NCBI GenBank assembly: GCA_963765895.1 | Contig: CAVXZB010000004.1 | Span: forward strand, 1-19,051 | Length of the DNA stretch: 19,051 bases | From: an uncultured Nitrososphaeraceae archaeon | GTDB lineage: Archaea > Thermoproteota > Nitrososphaeria > Nitrososphaerales > Nitrososphaeraceae | Direction of reading: 5' to 3' | Shown here: positions 9,247 through 17,955 of the stretch, one piece after another | Layout: each line of letters opens with the position of its first letter | How positions within the stretch are numbered: the stretch's first letter is position 1 | Notes under the pieces: generated by a model | What the model saw: only the letters and a program-made list of their open reading frames with translations | Database searches by the model: none | What the model was told of the DNA's origin: nothing | Program-made: the position numbers and the translations under genes

Positions 9247-9665
9247 GAAAACAAATTATTGTTATAATGACTGACAAATAGCTTAAACCATTTTTGTATG
9301 TGTTGTAATTTGCATTTACTTTTTCTGCAAGGAAAATAATAATCATCGAAACCTTCTGTCCTATCTTTGATATATTGTATTGTTCTTTCTATGATGTTTT
9401 TCTCATATGGAGAACGGATGTGATGATGCAGTCTCAAGAACCTGCAAGCCTGTGGATACCATGTACCTCCATCAGTTGAAACAGGATGTTCTCCATATCT
9501 TTTTACAAGGTTTAATATAAAACGTTGTGCAACAAACATGTTTCTCTCCTTTGATATGCTTATTTGAAGAATTTCTCGGTTATCTTTTTCAATGGCTATC
9601 CATAACCAGATATATTCGGAACCAACTTTAATGATAGTTTCATCAATTATAAATTCGGTAATACT
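9231..9665 (-). mobile_element. IS6-family insertion sequence remnant (right end plus 5'-truncated DDE transposase)
   Basis: Open frame 9665-9243: FIIDETIIKVGSEYIWLWIAIE...ERNMFVAQRF...VSTDGGTWYPQAC...NIIERTIQYIKDRTEGFDD (D-D-E triad). A terminal-repeat-like sequence lies next to the stop codon. Confidence 0.88.
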
Positions 9666-9670
9666 TCAGA

Positions 9671-9960
9671 TCTTATTCAGAATATTTTATCGGACATTCT
9701 GGTTCTATATACTGGTGCAAGAAGGATTCAAAAAAGCAGAAATATTTCGCAAAATTGGTCCGACTCGACATTTCTAAATATCCGTCAATTAGAGAGACAA
9801 GGTGTCTATACAAACTAAGGTAGAGGAATTACAACAAATAAACCAATCATCGGGAGAAGGTGATAAAGTGAAAGATGATGCTATAGCCCAGTTATCAGAT
9901 CAACTTGTGTCCTTATCATCTAGGTTGCGGGAGATCGAAAGAAGACAACAATACACATAG
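9671..9960 (+). pseudogene. C-terminal remnant of a tyrosine recombinase/integrase with coiled-coil tail
   Basis: Manual translation across frameshifts: SYSEYFIGHSGSIYWCKKDS/KAEIFRKI.../IQTKVEELQQINQS...KDDAIAQLSDQLVSLSSRLREIERRQQYT*. IGH...Y fits the box II His and catalytic Tyr region. Confidence 0.65.
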
Positions 9961-9992
9961 AGAGTTATGTCCCTGTGGCATTCGGTCCTGAA

Positions 9993-10118
9993 TCTTCTAC
10001 CTGTTTCAGTAATCCTTACCTCGAATTCTTTACCTGCCTCGGCAGGTATTGCGAAGCTGCTATCGCGATTATTACTGTTATATTAGCCCACCATAGTCTC
10101 TTCCGCACTTTTACTCAT
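9993..10118 (-). pseudogene. possible N-terminal remnant of a single-TRAM-domain RNA-binding protein
   Basis: Pieced across frames: MS..GRDYGG.NNSNNRDSSFAIPAEAGKEFEVRITETGRR. Resembles the Gly/Arg leader and PVExGKEYxVxIxExxRRGDG start of archaeal TRAM proteins, but ends before GDG. Confidence 0.45.
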
Positions 10119-10182
10119 TTTTTCTTTTCTTCTGCTAGTTCCAGCGAGCTTTATTATATGGTCTTGTAGAAGTTCAGCCAGG

Positions 10183-10779
10183 TTACCGTTCATCCTTGTA
10201 TCTTGGCTGTTTTTGTATTATTAGTAGTGGTACCTTGCATGTTGCTGCAACTTTTCTAGTAGTACTTCCTAAACCTTCTATCATCGAAGCAATCCGACGA
10301 CTTCCCATGACTATCAGATCGAATTGCATGAGATTAGTTAAATTGATAATCTCATCTGCAGGATTTCCTCCATATATTTTAAATATAGTTTTCTTTGTTA
10401 TGCCAGCGGCTTTACATGCTGTTGTCATTTCTTCGATTACTTCTTGTAAAAATCTATCTTGTATGACTCCCTCTCGATGACTTGCTGCAATATCTATTTC
10501 TTCTTTGTGTAAATTTGCTACTATGGTAACTGGTAATACATTAATTAAATTTCTATGGGCCTTGATGACGTTAATAAGAACGATCTCCGAATCAGAAATC
10601 TTTGAAATATATGTTGCATAGCACAAAGCTATCTTGGACATTTTCATTCCATCATACGCAACTAGTATTCTCTGAAAACTTGGGAAATCAATAGGAATAT
10701 GATGAGTTTTAGAAGATTCGACTATTGGGCTAAACTCTTGTTCTATCCTGCTAACATGCTCTTCGGTGTCTTCTAGCAA
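10183..10779 (-). CDS. universal stress protein (UspA family)
   Basis: FQRILVAYDG...GNPADEII...DLIVMGSR...LGSTTRKVA...PLLII. Confidence 0.92.
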   Translation of the reverse strand: MLEDTEEHVSRIEQEFSPIVESSKTHHIPIDFPSFQRILVAYDGMKMSKIALCYATYISKISDSEIVLINVIKAHRNLINVLPVTIVANLHKEEIDIAASHREGVIQDRFLQEVIEEMTTACKAAGITKKTIFKIYGGNPADEIINLTNLMQFDLIVMGSRRIASMIEGLGSTTRKVAATCKVPLLIIQKQPRYKDER

Positions 10780-11103
10780 ACAATTTTAGACAATGCAAAG
10801 GACTGCTATATTATACTTTCCCGAAAATTCAAGGATGAAAGATGAGGCTCCATAGTAGTTTAATGCGGTCGAATGAATGTTATTATCTTTTATAGAATTA
10901 GTTTCACTAAGACTAGAGTAGATTTAAAACCAGTAATGCTTTATAAAACATGATGAATATACGTAACGGCGTGTTTGAAATCAATACGGGTTAACTGTTC
11001 GGTTCATAGCACAAGTATCGGCATAGGTGTTGGGATATCCCCAAATTTTAGCATTTAAATTGTAAAAATATTAGTGGGCCTAAATAAATGGGCAAGATTA
11101 ATC

Positions 11104-11122
11104 CGGGCCCAGAGGGATTTGA
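11104..11122 (-). other. tRNA 3'-end fragment (T-loop to acceptor 3' strand), putative att-site remnant
   Basis: Minus strand reads TCAAATCCCTCTGGGCCCG: T-loop, T-stem 3' strand, GGGCCC acceptor strand and G discriminator. No 5' half is present. Confidence 0.6.
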
Positions 11123-11698
11123 GCTTTGCTCGTAGAAGGGTTCATCTACCTTTGCGAAATTCATCATGTATATTATTACAATAGGATATGGAAACGAGGG
11201 TTATCAGGCTTTTGATGTTAGATTAACTTGGACATATGTATTGCGGCTTCGGTTATTATGCACGACGATTTAAAACTCGAGATACGGACAAAAGAGAGAC
11301 TTGCTATTGAAGATCTAGCATATAATGCTCCAGTGAAGTTATGGAACCTAAAGTCATTGGCATGATTGACATAATCCAGATAACACAGATAATAATATCC
11401 ATATTGCAAATCTGGAAATGAAATAGTTCATGGAACCGTTACTCGATCGCATATAACATACGTCATCAAAATTTTTCTATACTAGTGGCATCGACAACGA
11501 ATTTTTTTAACGGCTGTAGAGAACGAAACACTTCTATTTCTATTTTTTAGTTTATAGATGTCTGTAACTTTTCTATACGGATAAATAAGGCAGAATATAC
11601 CAAACCGCCAAAGGCTGCCTGCCATAGCGTAAACAATTCCAATAATTATAATAACAACAAAAGGTTGGTTGAATGATGAATATAACTTTGAGACTTGT

Positions 11699-11968
11699 TC
11701 ATTGAGGACTATAGGCAATAATATTCCAGCTCTCACAAAGAACTTCACGGATGCCTTCAATACTTTGCTGAAACATTAGGGAGAGTGTTGAACGAGCCAA
11801 GTCTGTAAGATAATTTTGGGATTGACTGGCCAAGTGCTTAATGTCTTTGGTTACAGTAGATTTATTCACTCGGAGTTCTTTTGCTATTTCTCCTACTCTT
11901 ACGCCTCTTATCAGAAGTGATTACACACGCTGTCTCCTTTCGATTATGACTACTGCAGTATTCCTCAA
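11699..11968 (-). pseudogene. HTH-domain protein with internal stop, probably truncated
   Basis: TTG 11968: MRNTAVVIIERRQRV*SLLIRGVRVGEIAKELRVNKSTVTKDIKHLASQSQNYLTDLARSTLSLMFQQSIEGIREVLCESWNIIAYSPQ*. One frame with TAA at 11921-11923. EIAKELxVxxSTVxKD is an HTH motif. Confidence 0.75.
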
Positions 11969-12235
11969 TTCCTGATACTGGATATAATATCCGAACTTTA
12001 GGTGTTATGCCATGAAAATAGTCTCATAACGATACCTGAACTTTGTATAATGGAATAGAACATAAAGGCCCTGGTAAGTAGTAGGTTATGCAAGAGTGAT
12101 ATATTTTCTAGTAAAAATATACCTCAAGCAAGTATGAAAGATTTAACTTTTACATTTTACTTTATAATGGTTAGATATAACAACACCATTGCTTTGTTGA
12201 GTAGTGGATGTTATGTTCTGTGCGATTTGTCTTTA

Positions 12236-12260
12236 GGCCGACGAATCAACCTCGTCGGTC
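12236..12260. other. GC-rich stem-loop
   Basis: GGCCGACGA-ATCAACC-TCGTCGGTC forms a 9-bp stem with one G-U pair and is followed by GTTTTATT. Confidence 0.5.
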
Positions 12261-12382
12261 GTTTTATTACTTAATTTACTATGGACCTACGATCGTAGTA
12301 TAATGGCGTTCATGGGACTTTGCTTCTGATAAAATAATATGATAACGAGCCTGCTATGCTTGCTATTGTAATCACCTTCAAT

Positions 12383-12928
12383 TTAGACCTTGATAGGATA
12401 TGGATTTGTTGCTTCTTCTATCATTTTTGCATTGTTTACTAATACCCTAGACATTTCTTGGGTATTGTCCTTGACATATTGCATAGACATGCCGATAGCA
12501 CCAGTATTTGTAAAGATCATATTATTGTACATTCTAATTGTTGCTATGGTACCATCTGAAAAACTGCTTACTACTCTAGCATAAGTTTCTGTCATTCGTT
12601 TAGGCGAATTCCAGAAATAGTTGTCAAAGAATGAACTCCATGCCGTTTGAAAAGAACTTGTTATTTCTTTTTGAGATTCTAGATAATTCTCAGCTATCCC
12701 TCTTGCAGCCTGAACTATTTGCTCCTGATTATCGGTAACTGTCTGCATGTATCTTGGAAGCTGTCTATGTGCTTCATCAGTTGCAACTCGAATGTTATCC
12801 TTAGCTTTCTCAAACGTTTTATTAATCAACCGTTTACTATTGCGATAATTGTCATCAGGATTTACCGTAGCATTGTTATTCTCATCAATATGGTCACTTG
12901 TATTTGTGTCTTCTTTCCTAGTCGTCAT
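12383..12928 (-). CDS. all-helical hypothetical protein, phasin-like
   Basis: 181 aa, amphipathic and rich in Q/E/N/T/A (AKDNIRVATDEAHRQLPRY...ENYLESQKEI...WNSPKRMTETYAR). The phasin label is an inference. Confidence 0.75.
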   Translation of the reverse strand: MTTRKEDTNTSDHIDENNNATVNPDDNYRNSKRLINKTFEKAKDNIRVATDEAHRQLPRYMQTVTDNQEQIVQAARGIAENYLESQKEITSSFQTAWSSFFDNYFWNSPKRMTETYARVVSSFSDGTIATIRMYNNMIFTNTGAIGMSMQYVKDNTQEMSRVLVNNAKMIEEATNPYPIKV

Positions 12929-13326
12929 ATGTTACTCTCATCTTAGCCAAAAAGGTAGATAAAGATATCCAAATCAAGTAATAATATCGCACTAATCAAA
13001 GAAATAATAGCTCAGCTGATATTAAATAGATTAAATCTTCCTGATCCGTCATAATAAGTCGTTTAGTAACTTTATTTATGATTTATCAATAAATGTGGCA
13101 TACATTATCAATTTGATTTATTTAGAGTTATTTTAGATGACTTGTACTCTGAACGTTAATTTTCGGATATAGTTAGGTGATCTCTTTCTAGATATGCTAT
13201 GAACAAATTGACTGTGGGATACTGAAACAAGACAAATAATACGTGTAATAGTCGATAGTAATATAATCGTAAGTGTATTAAGTGGGTGAGGATATTGGAG
13301 TTAACTCCTTGTTATACGTATTTCCT

Positions 13327-13941
13327 TCAGATCTTCATCATCATAGTTACAAACGATGCCTTGGGCAATAGAGTAAATTTTTCTGAAAAACGCATTTGTC
13401 GATACTTTCGATTTGAAGTAACTACCGTTCAAAAACGTCCCTTATCTCACTTTCTGAGAACTTGTATGGCCTGTATTTCCTCAGTTCATTATGACTGAAA
13501 ACCTTTAAAGTAATACCCCACCGTATTTTAATTTTCCATTTACTTTAGAATATAGGTCAGCCTTTTATTAATTGGAAGAACATGAAAACATCCACGGTCA
13601 AAGATATAATCAAATTCATTATCATTTATCTTAGAGTTTAAGATATCATCTACTATAAAATCGACGTTTTTTGTGTCATCATTTTTGTTTTTACCCATTA
13701 TTTTCCTTGCTGCAATAATTGCAGCTCCAGAATATCAGAAGCTTAGACTCAAGCCCATATTGGCAAGTTGAAACACTTAAGTTGCCGGTCCGGTGTCTAA
13801 ATCCAAAGTCCCTCATTTAATATGTCGCCTCTCTAATTTTCTCCTTAAATGTTTATCCAAGGCTTTATTATACCGGGGATAGTCTCAACTTTTTTGGTTT
13901 TTATACATGTTATCCGAATCCTAAAATTCCCTTTCCATCAT
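13327..13941 (-). pseudogene. class I SAM-dependent methyltransferase (TPMT/TehB-like), heavily degraded
   Basis: Pieced across stops and frameshifts: MMEREF*D.DNMYKNQK/VETIP/YNKALD...LDLDTGPAT*VFQLANMG...ASDISGAAI...NVDFIVDDI/NSKINDNEFDYIFDRGCFHVLP...LPKASFVTMMMKI*. Confidence 0.8.
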
Positions 13942-14040
13942 ATTAAATAAATTAGCTGTAACAGCTTAAAATAGCCTTCCAAAAAATACATTCTTGAACA
14001 GGATAGAAAATTTTCAATGCCTCTACCCATTATTCTATGA

Positions 14041-14466
14041 CTACTTATAACGGCGTTCTGATTCCTTGATTGGGTAATCGTTGGCACTCATATCACGTCT
14101 ACGCATCAAACCATTCTCATCAAACTCCCAATGTTCATTACCATGTGTACGCATCCATTGAGAGGGATTGTCCGCATCTCTCCACTCATATTCAAAACGC
14201 ACTGAAATACGATTCCCTGTATAACACCATAATTCTTTCATTAGACGATAATCTAGTTCTTTAGCCCATTTGCGTGTTAAGAATTTTATAATATTAATTC
14301 TTCCGGAGAAAAACTCTGTTCGGTTTCGCCAGACTGAGTCTTCAGTATATGCTTGAGCTACCAGCTCAGGATTGCATGTATTCCAGGCCTTTTCTGCAGA
14401 TTTTACCTTTAGCTTTGCCTTTCCTTCATCGAATGGAGGTCGGATATCTGAAGGTTTCACTATCAT
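14041..14466 (-). CDS. DUF1348-family SnoaL/NTF2-like protein
   Basis: RPPF...AEKAWN...AYTEDSVWRNRTEF..GR..I..FLTRKWAKELDYRLMKELW...RISVRFEYEW...WMRTHGNEHWEFDENGLMRRR. Confidence 0.93.
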   Translation of the reverse strand: MIVKPSDIRPPFDEGKAKLKVKSAEKAWNTCNPELVAQAYTEDSVWRNRTEFFSGRINIIKFLTRKWAKELDYRLMKELWCYTGNRISVRFEYEWRDADNPSQWMRTHGNEHWEFDENGLMRRRDMSANDYPIKESERRYK

Positions 14467-14717
14467 ATACTTCTTTAATCAACATATATTTGCATTGTTA
14501 GAAAGAATCTTTACAAAATTTGAGAACATGTAGATAAGTAATATATCGTGTTACACAGATCATTACCAATTATTTCAATTATAGTAATATTTAAATAATA
14601 ACTTCAAGCCAAGCACCCACCAAAATACCGATATAAAAATGAATCTTGACAATTACCAAGAATATATGAATAACAACAATTTTATTTGTAGAAAAATGAA
14701 ATGAATAAGGTCAATTA

Positions 14718-15746
14718 GTGAAAAGCATAAACTTTGTAATACTCGGGGACAGTGCAATAGCAGGTGAATTGGGAAAAAAAGGAACGACTACGGATATTTC
14801 AATTTATGACAAAAAAACGTCAGACAGGATTTATACATTTACCGTACCTTTAACATATCCAGAGAAAATACAGTCATTAATTCAGGCCATAAATATGTCA
14901 GAATATGCAATTTTAAATATTACAAAAATTGACAAGAATTTAGGTGAGCAGATTGTTGCGTTAGATTCGGTCAATTTTAAGAATGGCTTTATCCTTCATT
15001 CCTATGATATTGATGAAGAAAAAATAAGGTTACTAATACAAAATACAAGTATAAAAGATTTTAAATTTATGAATAATTATGAGGAACTAAAACAAGAATT
15101 ATCTTTAATAGAACCAAAAAAATCATTTAACAGCGATGAGAAAGCTGGCCCTGAGTTGGAGCCATCTGAATCTACCGAAACACGAACCATATTTATATCA
15201 ATTGATCATGCTTTTGACGTCAAGGGTGTTGGAACGGTTGTATTGGGTGTTATAAGACAAGGAATTGTCAGAGTTCATGATCAACTGAGAATTATGCCTA
15301 TGGATATTAATATCACAGTCAAATCAATTCAAATGCATGATACGCCAGTTGAGGAGTCCATAACTCCGGCAAGGGTTGGACTAGCAATTAAAGGAATTAC
15401 AGCTGATGGGATATCTAGAGGTGACGTTCTATGTTCCACGTTTACAGATACAGGTGACAGTATGATAAAAGTTGCCACAAATGAAAATATACTTACTACA
15501 AAATTTAAAAGAAATTCATTCTTTAAAGGACAAGTTTTAGAAGACCAGAACTATATGTTGGCAATTGGACTCCAGATTAAACCAGTAAAAATAAAAAGAA
15601 TAACTAATGATGGTCACGATCATAATATCAAGGTCATTGAAATTGTTCCCGAAAAGGCTGTTGTTTATGTTCAGAATCAAATATTTCTATTACTAAAGCT
15701 AGATACTTCTGGAATAAGAATAGTTGGACAAGGCATTACTACCTAA
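14718..15746 (+). CDS. archaeal SelB-like (SelBL) EF-Tu domain II protein with reduced G domain
   Basis: LGKKGTTTDISIY, YPEKIQSL, GEQIVALD, IDHAFDVKGVGTVVLG, VKSIQMHD, RVGLAIKG, RGD, and a C-terminal RIVGQG. No GHxDHGKT P-loop. Confidence 0.88.
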   Translation: MKSINFVILGDSAIAGELGKKGTTTDISIYDKKTSDRIYTFTVPLTYPEKIQSLIQAINMSEYAILNITKIDKNLGEQIVALDSVNFKNGFILHSYDIDEEKIRLLIQNTSIKDFKFMNNYEELKQELSLIEPKKSFNSDEKAGPELEPSESTETRTIFISIDHAFDVKGVGTVVLGVIRQGIVRVHDQLRIMPMDINITVKSIQMHDTPVEESITPARVGLAIKGITADGISRGDVLCSTFTDTGDSMIKVATNENILTTKFKRNSFFKGQVLEDQNYMLAIGLQIKPVKIKRITNDGHDHNIKVIEIVPEKAVVYVQNQIFLLLKLDTSGIRIVGQGITT

Positions 15747-15957
15747 CATATACTAAAATTGAACTTCATATAACGTTATTAACTTCTGTCTTGCTTTCTT
15801 ACAACCTCCATAACGATTCAACAGATGATCAGTAGAAGTAATACACAAGTGGTTTCTCAGTATGTAGGCGTGCTCTACGAAATCAAAATATATATGAATA
15901 GATGGACTACTGTACTTTGAATATTAATTTGATTATAGATGTCTTAGTTGTATCAAG

Positions 15958-16356
15958 TCAGGTACAATTCACCTCGATTATCTCTTCAATTTTTTGTACT
16001 AAACTCTGATTTTCTATCGGTTTCCGAATAAAATAGCTAGCATCTATCGTAGAAAAGATATCGGAATATGTGCCATAGCACAGTTGACCAGCTGAAAGAA
16101 AACACACCTTTACTTTTTTATCAATCCTTTTAATTTCTCTAAATAGTTGAAAGCCATTCATCTCTGGCAAGATTATGTCAAGGATCACTAGATCATAAAA
16201 GTTAGACCTATATGCGCCCAGTGCTAAATATGCATTATTAAAGGAATGTACTTTAAATCCATATCTCTCTAAGACTGTCTTGATAGTGAAGGTACAATCA
16301 CTATCATCATCTACTATCATTATTCTTTTTCCTTTTTCCAACAAACCACTAATCAT
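15958..16356 (-). CDS. stand-alone response regulator receiver domain protein
   Basis: RIMIVDDD, LVILDIILPEMNGF (phospho-acceptor Asp), CFLSA, IRKP. No output domain. Confidence 0.92.
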   Translation of the reverse strand: MISGLLEKGKRIMIVDDDSDCTFTIKTVLERYGFKVHSFNNAYLALGAYRSNFYDLVILDIILPEMNGFQLFREIKRIDKKVKVCFLSAGQLCYGTYSDIFSTIDASYFIRKPIENQSLVQKIEEIIEVNCT

Positions 16357-16671
16357 CTTTGTTTCAACCCCCTGAATTATCCCTTCAAAATCATATTCAG
16401 CTTGACATGTTAATAATATGACATGTCCTTATAAGAGAGGGAGGGAGGCAAAAGTGCGGTATATTACCGTACTACTGGCTTTGCCAATCCGTTCAAATTA
16501 ATAGGAATTTAAATATAATTCAAGTTCTTATAGATCACCTATTTACGCATAGGCCGAACAACACGATATGCAAAGCACAGTAAAGCACTTGATGATATAG
16601 CCCTCAATATGAATAGGAAAATAAGATTCAGTAAAAACGATCTTCATATAAAATGTAACCCTAATACAAAT

Positions 16672-16812
16672 ATGGAAGAACAACAAGATGAAAAAGATAT
16701 CACGAAAGAGACTCTTAAACCAATTACCAAAGTAAAGTCAAAAGTCGACAAGGAGCTGCAAGAGCAAGAAGTCGAATCAACAGGTGGAGGAATGGGGGCT
16801 GGCGGCGGATAA
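16672..16812 (+). CDS. small hydrophilic protein with Gly-rich tail (46 aa)
   Basis: MEEQQDEKDITKETLKPITKVKSKVDKELQEQEVESTGGGMGAGGG*. TATA-like CATATAAAAT at 16645-16654 favours ATG 16672. Confidence 0.6.
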   Translation: MEEQQDEKDITKETLKPITKVKSKVDKELQEQEVESTGGGMGAGGG

Positions 16813-17348
16813 GTAAAGGACGAATGTAAGATATCATAATATCGATATTTTGACTTATAACGTTTCTTTCTTTTTTCAAAAGATCCAACTAATTTATTCG
16901 TCATCGCCGTCGGGGCACATGCAATTCATTATCCAAGCTATTAATCTGATGCAGTGATTATATTATAAATTCGAGGTAACTGCACTCCCATTTGGAATTA
17001 GATATACAAGACATTCCGTGATTTTGATTATGATATCACTTGGTTATATTAACTCGTCCTATTAAGATCTTTCCGTTTTTTAAAATAAAAAACTAGTACC
17101 AATATAACTGTGCCCAGAATAATATAGAGTAAAGATCTATCAAACTCAATCATATTAATTAAAAAGTAAAACGCTTATTTATTACTGTCAATAATTATAT
17201 CATTATTTAAATTGTTTCAGACATAACTTTAATTGTTATAACTGATCTCTAACTGGGTATAATATACTTATAAATTATGGGAATAAAAAAATTGACAGAA
17301 TAAGGCATTGATAACGGTATTAAACTATGTATACCATAAATAATTAGT

Positions 17349-17492
17349 ATGACAGATATTGCAAAGAAAGTAAAAAATACCGAGCAAGATGCAGAAGCAA
17401 AAATTCAGACTGAAGAAGATCATATTGAAGGAAAACCTAGTTCAGAGACTCTTAACAAAGCCAAGGTAAAGGTAAAAGATGCTTTAACCTAA
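17349..17492 (+). CDS. small hydrophilic, LEA/CsbD-like protein (47 aa)
   Basis: MTDIAKKVKNTEQDAEAKIQTEEDHIEGKPSSETLNKAKVKVKDALT*. AT-rich box about 25-30 nt upstream and a T-rich tract downstream. Confidence 0.65.
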   Translation: MTDIAKKVKNTEQDAEAKIQTEEDHIEGKPSSETLNKAKVKVKDALT

Positions 17493-17510
17493 ACTTTAAT
17501 CTCAAACCAT

Positions 17511-17526
17511 CTTTTTCTTCCCTTTA
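17511..17526 (+). terminator. putative archaeal oligo-T terminator
   Basis: CTTTTTCTTCCCTTTT about 20 nt after the 17349-17492 stop codon. Confidence 0.4.
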
Positions 17527-17626
17527 TTAATATGAATCGTGAGCATTATGTGAGCAGTATATCAAATCTTTTATAATAATAAGTCATATAAATGATAGAG
17601 AATATCTCAATTTAGAAGTGGAAAAC

Positions 17627-17785
17627 ATGAATAATGAACAAGATCTGGATAATACTAACAATCAACAAATTAAAACTGATAATGATGTCGTTAAAGAATT
17701 AGAAAGAGAAGGAAAGTTAAAAAAGTCAGTAATGAAGGGCGGCGTAGCTGATGAATATGAAAATGAGAAGCCGAGGCAGGGATAA
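17627..17785 (+). CDS. small hydrophilic protein (52 aa)
   Basis: MNNEQDLDNTNNQQIKTDNDVVKELEREGKLKKSVMKGGVADEYENEKPRQG*. CATATAAATG at 17585-17594. In-frame GTG 17618 is an alternative start. Confidence 0.6.
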   Translation: MNNEQDLDNTNNQQIKTDNDVVKELEREGKLKKSVMKGGVADEYENEKPRQG

Positions 17786-17955
17786 TATATTAGCGAAGGC
17801 TTTCGTTTTAATTTAGTAAACAAGGGTTATATCTTTATAAGCGGCTTTATTTTCTATCATGATGTCCAGTAACCTGATAGTGTTATAACATAACTATATA
17901 GATTATATGAAAACTTTATAATATCTTTAAGTATTTTAAAGCTAAATATAGAATT

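Noticed and set aside
9592-10480. Plus-strand ORFs 9592-9777, 9975-10169 and 10196-10480
   Set aside because: The first is a chimera of IS6 antisense and one integrase frame. The others are antisense to the TRAM remnant and USP.
11060-11200. Complete tRNA gene
   Set aside because: Only the 3' 19 nt are tRNA-like. No D-arm, anticodon arm or 5' acceptor strand is present.
11218-11760. ORFs 11218-11409 and 11482-11760
   Set aside because: No motif. The latter begins out of frame within the HTH remnant, and its hydrophobic stretch alone is weak evidence.
12390-14264. Plus-strand ORFs 12390-12584, 12719-12946, 13286-13498 and 14070-14264
   Set aside because: Antisense shadows of minus-strand genes or pseudogenes.
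16644-16904. 86-aa minus-strand ORF
   Set aside because: The Pro/Ser/Phe-rich sequence is the mirror of the Gly/Glu/Lys-rich plus-strand ORF, which has a plausible promoter.
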